Source: Eledone cirrhosa (lineage: Eukaryota). Taken from it: DNA of 64,000 bases. The stretch spans positions 9,362,001 through 9,426,000 of the forward strand of contig OZ024756.1 of the NCBI GenBank assembly GCA_964016885.1. The letters are read 5' to 3'. Both the position numbers and the translations under genes were made by a program. The notes under the pieces were generated by a model. That model was not told the DNA's origin, did no database searches, and saw only the letters and a program-made list of their open reading frames with translations. Shown here piece after piece: positions 12,922 to 28,197 of this stretch (the first letter of the stretch is position 1; each line of letters begins with the position of its first letter).

Positions 12922-13410
12922 TGGCGGTGGCTTGGCAGTAATCGGTAGAGCGTCGGACACTATGCTTTATGGCATAGAGTTACGGCCCTTTACAATCTGT
13001 GTTCAAATCCCGCCGAGGTTAGCTTGGCCTTTCATCCTTACGGGGTCGATAAAATAAAGTACCAGTAATGCACTGGGGTCGATTTAATCGACTTTTTTAC
13101 CCCTAAAATTCTTGGTTTTGTGCCTAAATCAGAAACCATTATTACATGTATAAAATAAAGTACCAGTAATGTACTGGATAATTGCTGGCCTTGTGCCAAA
13201 AGTAGAAACAATTATTACATGTGGATTGGCAGTATGGGTAGAGGGTCGGACGCCATGCTTTCTAGCATAGTTACGTCCCTTTACAGACTGAGTTTAAATC
13301 CCACCGAAGTTAACTTTTCCTTTCATCCTTACGGGGTCGATAAAATAAAGTACCAGTAATGCACTGGGTAATTGCTGGCCTTGTGCAAAATGTAGAAACA
13401 ATTATTACAT
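12922..13410 (+). mobile_element. Cluster of tandem OK-like SINEs
   Basis: Full copy 12922-13145, partial tail, then a second copy ~13220-13410. Confidence 0.8.
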
Positions 13411-13459
13411 TATAAATAAAATGTGATTTCTCTACCCCCTCTTTCAGCCAAACCCCCGT

Positions 13460-14450
13460 GTATGGGATATCGTCTGCCTCATATGTATGAGATATCGTCT
13501 GCCTCAAATGTATGGGATATCGTCTGCCTTATATCTATGAGATATCGTCTGCTTCATATGTACGAGATATCGTTTACTTCATATGTACAAGATATTTGCT
13601 TCATATCTACGAGATATCGTCTGCTTCATATTGTACGAGATATCTGCTTCATATGTACGAGATATCTCCTTCATATGTACGAGATATCGTCTGCTTCATA
13701 TTGTACGAGATATCGTCTGCATCATATTGTACGAGATATCGTCTGCTTCATATTGTACGAGATATCGTCTGCTTCATATGTACGAGATATCTGCCTCATA
13801 TGTACGAGACATCGTCTGCTTCATATGTACGAGATATCTGCTTCATATGTACGAGATATCTGCCTCATATGTACGAGACATCGTCTGCTTCATATGTACG
13901 AAATATCTGCCTCATATGTACGAGACATCGTCTGCTTCATATGTACGAGATATCTGCTTCATATGTACGAGATATCTGCCTCATATGTACGAGACATCGT
14001 CTGCTTCATATGTACGAGATATCTGCTTCATATGTACGAGATATCTGCCTCATATGTACGAGACATCGCCTGCATCATATGTACGAGATATCTGCTTCAT
14101 ATGTACGAGATATCTGCCTCATATGTACGAGACATCGTCTGCTTCATATGTACGAGATATCTGCTTCATATGTACGAGATATCTGCCTCATATGTACGAG
14201 ACATCGTCTGCTTCATATGTACGAGATATCTGCCTCATATGTACGAGACATCGTCTGCTTCATATGTACGAGATATCTGCTTCATATGTACGAGATATCT
14301 GCCTCATATGTACGAGACATCGTCTGCTTCATATGTACGAGATATCTGCTTCATATGTACGAGATATCTGCCTCATATGTACGAGACATCGCCTGCTTCA
14401 TATGTACGAGATATCTGCTTCATATGTACGAGATATCTGCCTCATATGTA
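13460..14450. repeat. Minisatellite of 22/25-bp units with 69-bp higher-order repeat
   Basis: Units TATGTACGAGATATCTGCTTCA, TATGTACGAGATATCTGCCTCA and TATGTACGAGACATCGTCTGCTTCA. Confidence 0.92.
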
Positions 14451-14914
14451 TCATTGTGTAGACGTTAAGAAATGTTTAGTTTGAACAGGTGAAAGATAAG
14501 CTAAACGTAACTAGTGCAATGACGGGTGGAATGTGCCATCACAGAAAACTTTAATAAATGCTAGAGAAGAAAAGAAATAATAAAATTGAAAAGAGGTTGG
14601 GTTAACAGAATAACTGTCATGCTCCATTGAAAACACAGCTTGAAGAAACCGTTTTTTCTATTTCCATTAACTTCTTTGTTTCTTATCTAATAAATTCCAT
14701 CGCATATATATGTTTTCTAACACTGCAGTGTATGTAACATTTGCCTATTTTCTCACTGTCTCTTCTGAGTATACCTTGCAACAGTGTCGCCTATCCAAAC
14801 TTACTTTTGCAATACAAAACAGCCCTAAAAATAAGGGAAGGTTCAAAGAAAGAAATGAAGAAATTTATATGTGAATATTTTTGGGGTGTATTTATATAAG
14901 CCACATGTCCTCAG

Positions 14915-14947
<33 letters not shown>

Positions 14948-15000
14948 TGTATGTATGTATGTATGTATGTATGTATGTATGTATGTATGTATAAATATAC

Positions 15001-15125
<125 letters not shown>

Positions 15126-15150
15126 TATATATATAAATATATATATATAA

Positions 15151-15191
<41 letters not shown>

Positions 15192-15204
15192 TATATATAT
15201 AAAT

Positions 15205-15241
<37 letters not shown>

Positions 15242-15242
15242 A

Positions 15243-15273
<31 letters not shown>

Positions 15274-15309
15274 AATATATATATATAAATATATAAATAT
15301 ATATATATA

Positions 15310-15372
<63 letters not shown>

Positions 15373-15644
15373 ATATATATATATATATATAAAACGAAGG
15401 AATTGTGGTAAGGAACCAGATGGACCATAACGCACCAGAGTACTCAATACTTAGGGTAGTAGAGTGGGTAATAGGAAAAAGTATGACCCCGACGGCAGAG
15501 CTCAAGCCATTTCGACGACTATTTCTGGAGTCCAGAAATAGCCGTCGAAACGGCTTGATCTCTGCCGTCGGGTCATACTTTTTCCTATATATATATATGT
15601 CTATCCATCTTTCTACCCATATATCTATCTATCCATCTATCTAT

Positions 15645-17374
15645 CCACAAAAATCCCCCCTTCCTGAAAACAAAACCACGACATCACTCCAAACACAAAC
15701 ACCTACAACAAAACGAAAGCTCCCACAAGAACAACAGACAAAAACCAACACAACACAAGAAGAACATTACACATACATAAACAGTGAAAACAAAACCTTA
15801 ATGGAGGTCATCTCCAACGACCCTTCGGTGAAAACCGAAGGGAACATTTTTTCGAACTGTGTAGACAGACCCAATTTAAAGATGATTAAGGTCTCTAAAG
15901 AAAAGCTTTCGCAAGGACGTGGGTAATCCTTGCGTTAAGCCCATTAACCGCGTCCTTTTAAAATGTTTCCCCACCCCAGACACCCCCATCCCACCAGACA
16001 CCCCCTCCCCACCAAACATCTCCGTCCCCACCTCGACAGAAACCACCACCCCACCAAACAATCCCTCCAACACCCCCATGGAAATTGTGCAGCCTGGTCC
16101 CCAGGAGACGAAGAGGTGAGTGATTTCTTTTCCTCTTCTTTTAACTTTTCAGCACCAACATGGCCAATATAAGAGTTGGGTGTGTGAATGTACGCGGCCT
16201 GAGGATGTCCTGGAAACAGGGCAAACTCTTAAACGACCTCAGGTTGCACAGTATGGATGTAGTAGCCATTTGCGAGTCCAGGATCCACAGCGAGCGACAG
16301 TTGGCCCCCATCTTCGACGACTTTGAGATCTACGCATCTCTCTGTCAGCCGGGAGGTGGGGGTGGGGTTGCCGTTTTGCTGTGGAAACAACTGGACCTCG
16401 TAACACAGACGGTACATCTGGACCCGGAGGGTCGACTGGTGGTCCTAGACGTTGACGGTAGTGAAGGAGGAGCCTTCAGGCTGGTGGCCGCATATGCCCC
16501 ATCCGGGACACCGCGGCCAGACTTCTTCAAACGTCTAGAGACTTTTCTGGGAACGTCCCGCTCCCTGCTATTAGTGGGGGACTGGAATGGAATCCTAGAT
16601 GCACGTTGGGACTATGTGGGAGCATGTCCCGATAGAGGGGGGTGGGGGTGTAACCAGTCTTTTTGGTAGGACTTTCCGCCCGGGACCTATGGACAACTTC
16701 CAGAGGTCCTTGACCTGGCAATGCTACCGAGGAGCTCTACCAGTTCGAGACAAGATGCGAGCAAGACATTGAAACCATCTTGCACGCAATTGTATACTGC
16801 CCGGGCGAAACTACGCAGAACCACTGCTGTCGCGTATGGGACAACTCCAGTTGACTGCCGAGTCCATAGTAAGGATCAAACCGCCAACTTCTTTCAAAAA
16901 CGAAAGAGAGGCGGTTTTCCTCTGTATAGTGGCTATGGTGAAAGAGATTATATGGTGGACGAGATTGAGAGGACTGAGGACAGATGCCTTTCTCTCCGGA
17001 CAACAACTCATTCCCTTCTTTAGGTACCACTTTAGAAGGAGAATCAGAGTGGAGAGAGAGGCACTGCACCCCAGTAAATTTACTGAAAGGCGGGTGAATG
17101 GCCCGAGTGATTGGGCCTTCTCTGTATATAAATCTGTAGGTTGAAGAAGAGAGCAAAAGGAAGAAAGGAGCACTTGCACAACACGCTCCTGAAGTTGAGG
17201 GTTGTTCTATCGACGGGGTATTAAACAAGACATTTGTAACACCTCCCCCCCTATTGGGGATTTCGATTGTTAAATTTGTATGTTTAATATTTTCACGCGA
17301 CTGTATGTAAAATACCCGGCATGTGTCTTTGTATTGTCCCCTTTTCTTGTGCGCCCTTGTGGCAAATAAAGAAA
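15645..17374 (+). mobile_element. Tx1-clade copy B, 5'-truncated and internally deleted
   Basis: ORF1 C-terminus (NDPSVKTEGN..LKMIKV), APE N-terminus (MANIRVGCVNVRGL..GDWN), deletion at ~16655 into the C-terminal region, 3' end GTGGCAAATAAAGAAA; 5' flank TATCTATCTATCCATCTATCTATCC. Confidence 0.88.
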
Positions 17375-17403
17375 TATATCTATCTCTCTCTATATATATA
17401 CAT

Positions 17404-17522
<119 letters not shown>

Positions 17523-17989
17523 TACACACACATATATATATAATATATATATATAATATATATATATATAATATATATACGAACGAACTAATAGAAACAT
17601 GCACCAAGAACGTAACAAAAGCTGGTGAGATCTCATGAGCAGTGAGATCTCATGAGCAGTGAGATTTGTTGTATTTGAACGCTAGAAGAGAGAAGTTAAA
17701 GCAAGGCGATTGGGGAAATAGAGAAGTCAGTCGAATGTTGGAAAGGACATGGAATATCTGGTGGAAAATAAGGAGATGCAAGTCAGTGTTTCCCTCTGAA
17801 AATGATATGACCCCGTTACTCCCAAAGGGAGTCGTAAGGACACCGTATTGACATCTGGCATTTCTAGGGCATTTATAAACCCTGGTGGAACCCAGTCCTC
17901 TCCAGGCCTGAGTACAGCAGATTTCTTCCAGAGATAGATAGACAGAATGGAAGTGAGGAAGAGATATAGAAGAAGAATCGATACCAATA

Positions 17990-18125
17990 CTGGACTGGTA
18001 TTTTTTTTTATCGACCTCGAAAGGATGAAAGGAAAAATTGACCTCGGCAGGATTTGAACTCAGAGAGTAGAGAGCCGGAAGCCTTCTATCTGACGTTCTA
18101 ACGACTCTGCCAAATCGTCACCTCA
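17990..18125 (-). mobile_element. OK-like SINE, diverged partial
   Basis: TATCGACCTCGAAAGGATGAAAGG...GGATTTGAACTCAG. Confidence 0.65.
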
Positions 18126-18129
18126 CTGA

Positions 18130-18262
18130 ATGTCATCATCATCATCATTCTTCGACTATTGTCGAGATGATGGATCTCACTCTCATGCCCCATAATTCCT
18201 TGTCCTCCATCGCTGCCCCCAGGTCCTGTCTACTGATTCCCGTATCCCTAGAGATCATTATG
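18130..18262 (-). mobile_element. RTE-clade LINE 3' end fragment
   Basis: Minus strand reads MISRDTGISRQDLGAAMEDKELW followed by a (ATG)n tail. Confidence 0.5.
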
Positions 18263-18931
18263 ATCAGAAACAGGACTCGGGAAAGCAGGGGCTGGACCTA
18301 TATCAACAGGTATACCATATAGTGTGGTTCCCCGAGGAACAGGAACCCTGGTGCAGTTAGTTGCGAAATCCATCATCTTTTCAAATAGCTAATAATCAGT
18401 GAATGTAGACGGACATAAAACACTGGATATGGGCAAGCCAACGAGAAACAGATATGGGCCAGCCAACGAGGTACCATTATAATGTAATCATTCGACTGTC
18501 CAGAAATAACAGCCCAATATTTCTTCTAAATCAGAGCCTGTTATCTTTTTTATTTTTAAAAAGACACAATAAATATTGTAGTTTTAGTTAAACTGTGTTC
18601 TGATAAAACGTTTGATTGTATTAACACAATATATGAATAAATGACGAAATATTCCCGGCTTGGACACATTTCAATAGAGGTCAGTTCAACCACCCTCTCT
18701 CTATTTATCTATCTACCTGTCTATCTATCTGTATGTGCGTTTGTCTCTCTCTCTCTCTTTATATATATATATATATATCTTTATATTCACCCCCCCCCTC
18801 TCTCTCTATATATATATATATATATACACATTCATACACACACACAAATACGCACAAAAACAAACACACACACACAAACACACACACAAACATTCATACA
18901 CACACAAAACACACAAGAACACACACACAAG

Positions 18932-19006
<75 letters not shown>

Positions 19007-19334
19007 ACACACACACACAAAAGTACGTGTATATACTTAAGAACACCACATATAGTTCAATGAAACGAGCGTAGACAAGGAAGAAAAATGGCCGCCGAAA
19101 GGAAATTCGGTTGTGAGAAGGAGAAATCTTGCTATCTTAATTCGTTTGAAGATAGATTTCAATAGGAATTCCTATAAAGCAAATATTTACCATGAAAACA
19201 ATGTTTAAAGAAGGGAAATATTCTTGGATGTTTGGTCGTCTGTTATCATTTAGGGAATAGTTTCAATACAAAGAGGGATAAGTTGTAAGGGGACTTAATG
19301 CAGATGTTAGAAGAAGAGAATATATCTATCTATA

Positions 19335-19667
19335 GTGGTGATGGTGATGGTGGTGATGGTGATGGTAATGGTGGTGGTGATGGTGATGGTGGTGATGGTG
19401 ATGGTAATGGTGGTGGTGATGGTGATGGTGATGTTGATGATGGTGTTGATGATGGAGATGATGATGGTGACGGTAATGGTGATGGTGATGGTGATGATGG
19501 TGAAGGTGATGGTGGTGATGGTGATGGTGGTGATGATGGTGAAGGTGATGATGGTGATGGTGATGGTGGTGATGGTGATGGTGGTGATGATGGTGGTAAT
19601 GGTGGTGATGGTGATGGTGATGGTGATGGTGGTGATGGTTGTGATGGTGGTGATGGTGATGGTGATT
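19335..19667. repeat. Compound (GGT/GAT)n trinucleotide repeat
   Basis: Directly visible. Confidence 0.95.
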
Positions 19668-19808
19668 GTAATTTTGAAATAACGTTTTTTTAAATCGTTT
19701 ACATCTCTTTGAAATACACACACACACACACACATACACACACACAAACACTCTCTCTCTCACACACACACTCACACGCACAAACACTCACACACACACA
19801 CACACACA

Positions 19809-19847
<39 letters not shown>

Positions 19848-19910
19848 ACACATACACACATATATATATTGTTATATTTCATATCAAGACCTTGCAAAAC
19901 AAATTCATCG

Positions 19911-19961
<51 letters not shown>

Positions 19962-20346
19962 AAAAAGTATGACCCCGACGGCAGAGATCAAGCCGTTTCG
20001 ACGGCTATTTCTGGACTCAAAGTTATGGTCCATCTGGTTCCTTACCACAACTCCTTCGTTATATATATATATATATATATTTTACTTGTCATTTATACTC
20101 GCTAAGAATGTAGCTTCTAATATGAATGGAAAGAGATGGATGATGTGTAGGTGTAAATGGTAGTACAGTGGTCTGGATAACCAAAGATGTGGGTTCGACT
20201 CCCATGTACGTCAATACTCATCTTTTTCCATTTATCTGAGGGTTCTAAACCCCATTATCAGACTAAAATTTCTTTAGTCAAAAATACGGTGAAAGCTATT
20301 CTATTTTCTAATTTCAAACCTGCTCACTGTTTCAAAACGTATTTTA

Positions 20347-20381
<35 letters not shown>

Positions 20382-21029
20382 GGATCCTGACTCTTTTCCT
20401 ATATATATATATATATATATATATAGGAAAAGAGTCAGGACCCCGACGGCAGTTTGTATCGAGCCTTCTTCATTTTCAAATGATATTTCTAACATTAAAC
20501 TTTGAGACATTCGAGGGAAAATGCCTCCAGCGGTAAAGAGTTATCGACCTTAACAGAAGTAGAAAAGGGTTTATTTTTTTCTGAATATATTATTTTTCTC
20601 TATAACTTCTCAAAAAACGCTGAGACATGAATTCTGTAAAACGCCATCGGCTTAAAATTATTCGTAGACTATAGTTTGCGGTACTTATTGTATAGTTATA
20701 TATATAGTTATATATATAGTTATATATATAGTTATATATATATATAAAGAATATAGTTATATATATATAGTTATATATATAGTTATATATATATATAAAG
20801 AATAACTATAGTTTTTAAACTTCTATTGAAAACGAGGCTGTGTCCAGGTTTTATACCTACTGTTATTCATTTTTAATTCTTTAGTTGTTGATTCTTTGTT
20901 GGTGGTGGTGGTGTTGTTGGAGGGGGTGGGGGCTACAAAGAAATGTCCACAATATATTTCGGAGATTTACATTTCAAATATATAAAAAAAAAAAAACTGG
21001 AAAATTTCCCAACTAAATATAAAAAACTA

Positions 21030-21108
<79 letters not shown>

Positions 21109-21327
21109 CACACACATATATACGTATATATGTGTATATATGAATAATAAAATAATAACAAATAATAACACACATACAAATAATAACACAGATACAGATA
21201 CATACACACAGATATATAACATGGGCTTATATCACAGACTTATATATACACACACACACATACACACACATACACACACACGCACTCTCACACACACATA
21301 CACAGACACATTCTCACTCACACACAC

Positions 21328-21411
<84 letters not shown>

Positions 21412-21510
21412 GGGTGTGTGAAAACCTACTTTTACAATTGTAGGCTGTGAATGAGACAAATAACTTGATATTCATATATATATAAATACACACAAACACA
21501 TATATATATA

Positions 21511-21567
<57 letters not shown>

Positions 21568-21570
21568 TCT

Positions 21571-21618
<48 letters not shown>

Positions 21619-21663
21619 TGTATATATATACATATATATAAATTATATATATATGTACATACA

Positions 21664-21704
<41 letters not shown>

Positions 21705-21827
21705 TATATATATATATACATACATATACATATGTATATATATATGTATATATATATGTATGTATATATATATATATGTATATGTATATATATGTATATA
21801 TGTATATATATATATATATATATAAAT

Positions 21828-21895
<68 letters not shown>

Positions 21896-22718
21896 AATGT
21901 ATATATATTTATATATAGCTGTTGCCTACCAATCTTCTACAACAGTTATATATATATTGACAAACTGACAATGAACAACCAGGCCCCGAGGTGGTTTACA
22001 GAGAAAACTTCCACTTCACTGGACGTTGCAAGACCGGCTGCAAGTATTGGCATTAATTAATTCTTTAGAACCCGCTTGACCTCAATTAGGCAAAGGTGGT
22101 CGGCATGGTCAGTTGTCTTCGTTTGATGATTGATACTATGATTGGCTACTATAGGGACGTATGGTAAAAGGTCGAATGGAGGGGAGAGAAATGCCAGCAC
22201 TGGCAAATGGTTTTCTTCTCAAGGGCCACACATATTTCCTTTCATGTTGAACCTAAATTCATTTCAATAAATCTATCCAGCTTTAGAAAGTAGAGCAGCA
22301 TCGTGGTATATTTACACACACACACACACACACACGCACACACACATATATATATATATAAACACACATACACACCCACACACACGCACACACACACATA
22401 TATATAAACACACATACACACGCACACACACACACGCACACACACACACATATATATAAACACACATACACACGTACGTATACACATATACATACATACA
22501 AATACATATATATACATACATATACATACATAAACATACATATACACACATACACACACACACACATATATATACATACGCACGCACATATACATACATA
22601 CATATATACATACACATATACATGCATGCATGCATACATACAAACAGAAAAACATACATACATACATACATATATACATAAATACATACGTGCATACATA
22701 CATACATTCATACATATA

Positions 22719-23120
22719 TGGTGACTGCCAACTCGTTTTCGAGTACGGCCACTACTTTATATCCATGTGGGAGAACCCTTACCGATGCGCTGAACAAGTG
22801 TGACTTTTTAGTCCAGCCAGCGACTTGAAAACTCTGGTACAAACACTACACTTGTGACAATTATTGACACATAGTGCTGGGCCCATGGTACCATGTGACG
22901 ACAGGTGCAGAGAGATCTCCAGATATAAAGCAATGCCTGTGCCGTGAAGCTTTTATAGTGAGCAAAGGCACTGCACAAAGCCAGTCCCACTCTCTTAACC
23001 AAGATGATATTTACCAAAAAGAAGAACAAGTCAACATCATTGGATACCAACAGGGTTGCAGGTGTTATATCAGAGTTTTCCTTCTCCTAGAATTCTGGCT
23101 AAGGGGTCATCTCTCCCGGA
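22719..23120 (-). mobile_element. RTE 5'UTR-like non-autonomous element, truncated copy 2
   Basis: Near-identical to 4973-5380. Confidence 0.6.
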
Positions 23121-23140
23121 TACATAAATATATATATACA

Positions 23141-23216
<76 letters not shown>

Positions 23217-23220
<4 letters not shown>

Positions 23221-23859
23221 TAAGTATGTATACGTACATACATATATGTATACAGACGTACAGTAGTATGTATATATATATATACACACATGCACACATA
23301 TATATATGTACGTATGGATTCACCGAATCTGTACGTCTGTATACATATATGTATGTACGTATACATACTTATATTTAAGTAACAGCCGTACTAAGAGTGG
23401 GAAATGAAATTTCCTTTCATTTTTTCCGTTTATCGTTTTCGGTGCGCCCGGCCGATTAACTCACTCGATATGCAAATTAGGCTGCTGTGCCGTTAATATG
23501 CATAAGGCAAGTATATACTTTCAGACGTTCAATCATCTGGCAGGAAGGTATACGTTGCTGACGATAGCTAATAAGCTTGAAACTAGTACAGCGTTCCTTT
23601 GTCAGTGTTGAACAAAAGAGCAACGATGGTTGCTAGACACTGTACGGCTTAATTCGGGATGTTTGTTTACAAACACACCGAGCATTATAATAAATGTTCG
23701 GTGAATCCATACGTACATATATATATGTGTGCATGTATGTATATATATATATACATACTATTGTACGTCTGTATACATATATGTATGTACGTATACATAC
23801 TTATATTTAAGTAACAGCCGTACTAAGAGTGAGAAATGAAATTTCGTTTCATTTTTTCC

Positions 23860-23865
<6 letters not shown>
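23217..23865 (+). mobile_element. Family B retrozyme-like element: short inverted arm plus about 1.2 tandem monomers (432-bp period)
   Basis: 23331-23431 is repeated at 23763-23863; inversion junction at ~23328; HHR at 23552-23594. Confidence 0.8.
23552..23594 (+). ncRNA. Type I hammerhead ribozyme (family B)
   Basis: ACGTTG-CTGACGA-TAGCTAATAAGCTT-GAAA-CTAGTA^CAGCGT. Confidence 0.85.
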
Positions 23866-23897
<32 letters not shown>

Positions 23898-24479
23898 TTA
23901 TATATATACATACATATATATATATACATATATATATATATACACACATATTTATATATACACATATATATATACACACACACATATATATATACTTACA
24001 CATATGTATATACATACATATACGTACATATATATACACACACATATGTATATACATACATATACATACATATACATACATATACATACATATACATACA
24101 TATACACATATATATATATACACACACATATATATACACATATATATATATATACTTATATATATATACACACACATATATATACATACACATACATATA
24201 TACATACATATACATACATATACACATATATATACACACACATATGTATATACATACATATACATACATATACACATATATATATATATATACATATACA
24301 CATATATATATATATATACATATATATACACATATATATATATACAAATATATATACACATATATATATACATATATATATACATATATATACATATATA
24401 TATATATACACACATATATATATACATATATACATATATACATATATATATACATATATATATACACATATATATATAC

Positions 24480-24571
<92 letters not shown>

Positions 24572-24782
24572 GTACATATACACATATATATATACATACA
24601 TATACATATATATATACACACATATATATATATACACACATATATATACATATACACACATATATATACATACATATACATATATATATATACATACATA
24701 TATATATATACTATATATACACACACATATATATATACACACATATATATATATATATATACACACATATATATATATATAT

Positions 24783-25391
24783 GGTGACTGCCAACTCGTT
24801 TTCGAGTACGGCCACTACTTTATATCCATGTAGGAGAACCCCTACCGATGCGCTGAACGAGTGTGACTTTTTAGTCCAGCCAGCGACTTGAAAACTCTGG
24901 TACAAACACTACACTTGTGACTATTATTGACACATAGTGCTGGGCCCATGGTACCCTGTGACGACAAGTGCAGAGAGATCTCCAGATATAAAGCAATGCC
25001 TGTGTCGTGAAGCTTTTATAGTGAGCAAAGGCACTGCACAAAGCCAGTCCCACTCTCTTAACCAAGATGATATTTACCAAAAAGAAGAACAAGTCAACAT
25101 CATTGGATACCATCAGGGTTGTAGGTGTTATATCAGAGTTTTCCTTCTCCTAGAATTATGCCTTGACAAAGGCTAAGGGGTCATCTCTCCCGGTGATTTT
25201 GGATGGCCATTGACTCTTAAGAGCTCCTTTGCCCTTTGACAGGTTTTGTTTTTAGTCCTGCAGGATGTCCAAAGTCACCCTCCTCACCAAGAAACCTTGG
25301 TGGGGTTGCCAGTTTAGTCGCCAAACAACCCGACCATGGGACAGGTTGTACTGGGATACATGTTACCAGTAGCACCAACTGGTGACCTGAC
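24783..25391 (-). mobile_element. RTE 5'UTR-like non-autonomous element, copy 3
   Basis: Near-identical to 4973-5581; flanked by (TA)-rich repeats. Confidence 0.6.
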
Positions 25392-25613
25392 ATATACATA
25401 CATACATATATACAAACATATATATATATATACATATACACCTATATACGTTTATATATGTAATTATTTGTTTATATATATATATTTATATATGAGTGTG
25501 TACATATATCTAGACACACGCACACACATTCACACACATATATCTTCATTTATGTATTCATGTTTAAATGTATATATATATATATATACACACAGAAGTA
25601 CACACACGCACAC

Positions 25614-25672
<59 letters not shown>

Positions 25673-25777
25673 GAGAGAAAGATAGAAAGCGTGGTTGAGG
25701 AGAGGGAGAGAGAGAGAGAGAGAAGGAGAGAGAGAGGGGGAGAGAGTGAGTGAGTGAGAGAGGGATATATTTTGAAA

Positions 25778-25990
25778 CGATCGACTTTCGTCAAATCGGA
25801 CCGAGGGAACAATGTTTCCGTTGGTCTTTCCAATTGCTAATACTATCTATCGGTCGCAACTCCAGGTAGAAGGAGCAACGTGAAATAAAGTGCCTTGCTC
25901 AAGGACATAACGCATCGCCTGGTCCAGGAATCGAACTCACAACCTTACGATTGCGAATCCAATTCTCTAACCACTCAGCCACACGCCTTC
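25778..25990 (-). mobile_element. OR-like CORE SINE
   Basis: Same family as 5595-5792. Confidence 0.75.
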
Positions 25991-26000
25991 TCAGGGATAT

Positions 26001-26034
<34 letters not shown>

Positions 26035-26265
26035 ATATATTCCTTATTCAACAATCTCCAGTATGTAGAGATAAATCTTGTCGTTCTATTTAGTTGCTAA
26101 AATCTTTTTTAGTAGCGATCATAGACAGCTAGTCTACGATTTCCCGCCTTCACTATACACCAATGTATTTACGGGTCACTTTCACGACCTTTTAGACCTG
26201 TATTAGTTGGAGTGAGGTCATATATTTTGTCGTTCCTGGGGTTTTTAACCCTAGGACAGGAAAAT

Positions 26266-26346
26266 GCTTCTCTGATGATCGTTGCTTTTCCATTAATATC
26301 CTCGTGATATTTAATGTTTTGCACCGTGAAACTGTACAGTTAGGGC
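26266..26346 (+). ncRNA. Type I hammerhead ribozyme with extended stem II
   Basis: TTCT-CTGATGA-TCGTTGC..CATTAATATC ctcgt GATATTTAATG..GCACCGT-GAAA-CTGTACA-GTT^AGGG; palindromic stem III CTGTACAG. Confidence 0.7.
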
Positions 26347-26456
26347 CATTTGAATAGGTAAATATATTATATTTTTTAATTTTGATTAATTTTAATTGTA
26401 TATTAATTTTGATTTATTTTGAAAAATTGGTTGAATTTTACTTGTTCTGCTTATCT

Positions 26457-26512
<56 letters not shown>

Positions 26513-27038
26513 AGAGGACACCTCATTTAGAGTTTCAAAACACATCCGTAGGATGCGAGATAGAATCCCGAAAGGCGGAGGGAGAGTCAATCATGTGATA
26601 CAGCGGTCAAGAAACAGAGCTAAGCCTCTTACAACCAAGAAAAAAATACCACAGAGGCGGAGGGTATACTTATATCAAAGCCGTAGAAGAGATGGCTAGG
26701 ATGGCGAGAAGTTTGTGTAATGATAGCTTTCCAGCAGTCACTACACTTCAGTGGTTACTCTACCATAGGGAGTTATAAACAATATATAGAAATACACAGA
26801 TACATGCGGACACATACATATACATGAATATATCCACATATATCCCTGAATTTGTGTGGTGCCAACCTCAACCGGTGTTGCTCTATGAATAACTGGGACA
26901 AAATAATCCGAATGGATTAGATTGATTCAGTATCAGAGTTATATAATACATTATAAAGAGAGAAGAAACATTAGATATGATTAATAAGATATACCATACC
27001 CAAATTCCTTCATTACTTCAATATATATATATATATAT

Positions 27039-27132
<94 letters not shown>

Positions 27133-27327
27133 AACGAGTAGGACCCCGACGGCTGAGCTCAAGCTGTTTCGACGGCTAATTCGACGGCTAATTCAGAATT
27201 AGCCGTCGAAACGGCTTGAGCTCAGCCGTCGGGGTCCTACTCGTTCCTATTACCCACTCTACTACCCTAAGTATTGAGTACTTTGGTGCGTTATGGTCCA
27301 CCTGGTTCCTTACCACATTTCCTTCGT

Positions 27328-27364
<37 letters not shown>

Positions 27365-28197
27365 GGAGAGAGAGGGGGAGAGGATGAGAGAGAGTGAGTG
27401 AGAGAGAGAGGGAGAGAGAGAGGGATATTTGAGCTCTGCCGTCGGGGGTCATACTTTTTCCTATTACCCACTCTACTACCCTAAGTATTGAGTACTCTGG
27501 TGCGTTATGGTCCACCTGGTTCCTGACCACTTTTGAAGAACAGGAAGTAAGATTCCAATAAAACGGCTTCGTTTCTTGGTCAAAACAAAAGTGTTTTTTT
27601 AAAACCTTCTTTCATATTGGGAGAGGAATTCATGTCACCACGTCCCCTTTCTCTCTGTCTGCTTCATGTCTGCCTGTCTGTCACTCTCTCTCTCCCCTCT
27701 CTCTGTCTCAATCCTCCCCCTGTCTCGCTCTCTCTCCCCTCTCTTTGTCCCCCTCTCTCTCTATATATATATATACATACACACATATATATATATATTA
27801 TATATATTTAACACGTGACCTATGTTTCAAACGCAGTACCAATAACCACCACCAACACCAACGACTATAATGACAGGTTGTTTTTGTTATTGAGAGAGAA
27901 ATACAGTGAGAGAGGCCGTGTGAAAGATAGATATGTTTCTTTTATTTGCCACTAGGGCATCAAAAGTGGGACAAGTACAATGGGGGGAGTTTACACAAAA
28001 AGGCGTCCTCAATAAGGAGGAGGCAATAACAAAATATAAAAATAAAATAAGATATAACAAAAAATAAAATTTTTAACAAAATCCTCAATAGAGAGGAGGC
28101 GCCTTGGGGGGTCGCACACACCCCCGAAAAAAGTGTGCAACCCTTTTCCTCAGGAGCACAGAGAGGGGGTGCTCCCTCGTTCCTTCCTCTTTTCCAC

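Noticed and set aside
13423-14484. CRISPR-like or zinc-finger-like array
   Set aside because: Units are contiguous without unique spacers, there are no cas genes, the context is eukaryotic, and Cys/His spacing does not fit C2H2.
19298-19787. Gly/Asp-rich or poly-His protein
   Set aside because: Compound GGT/GAT trinucleotide repeat with no unique coding flank or evident splice context.
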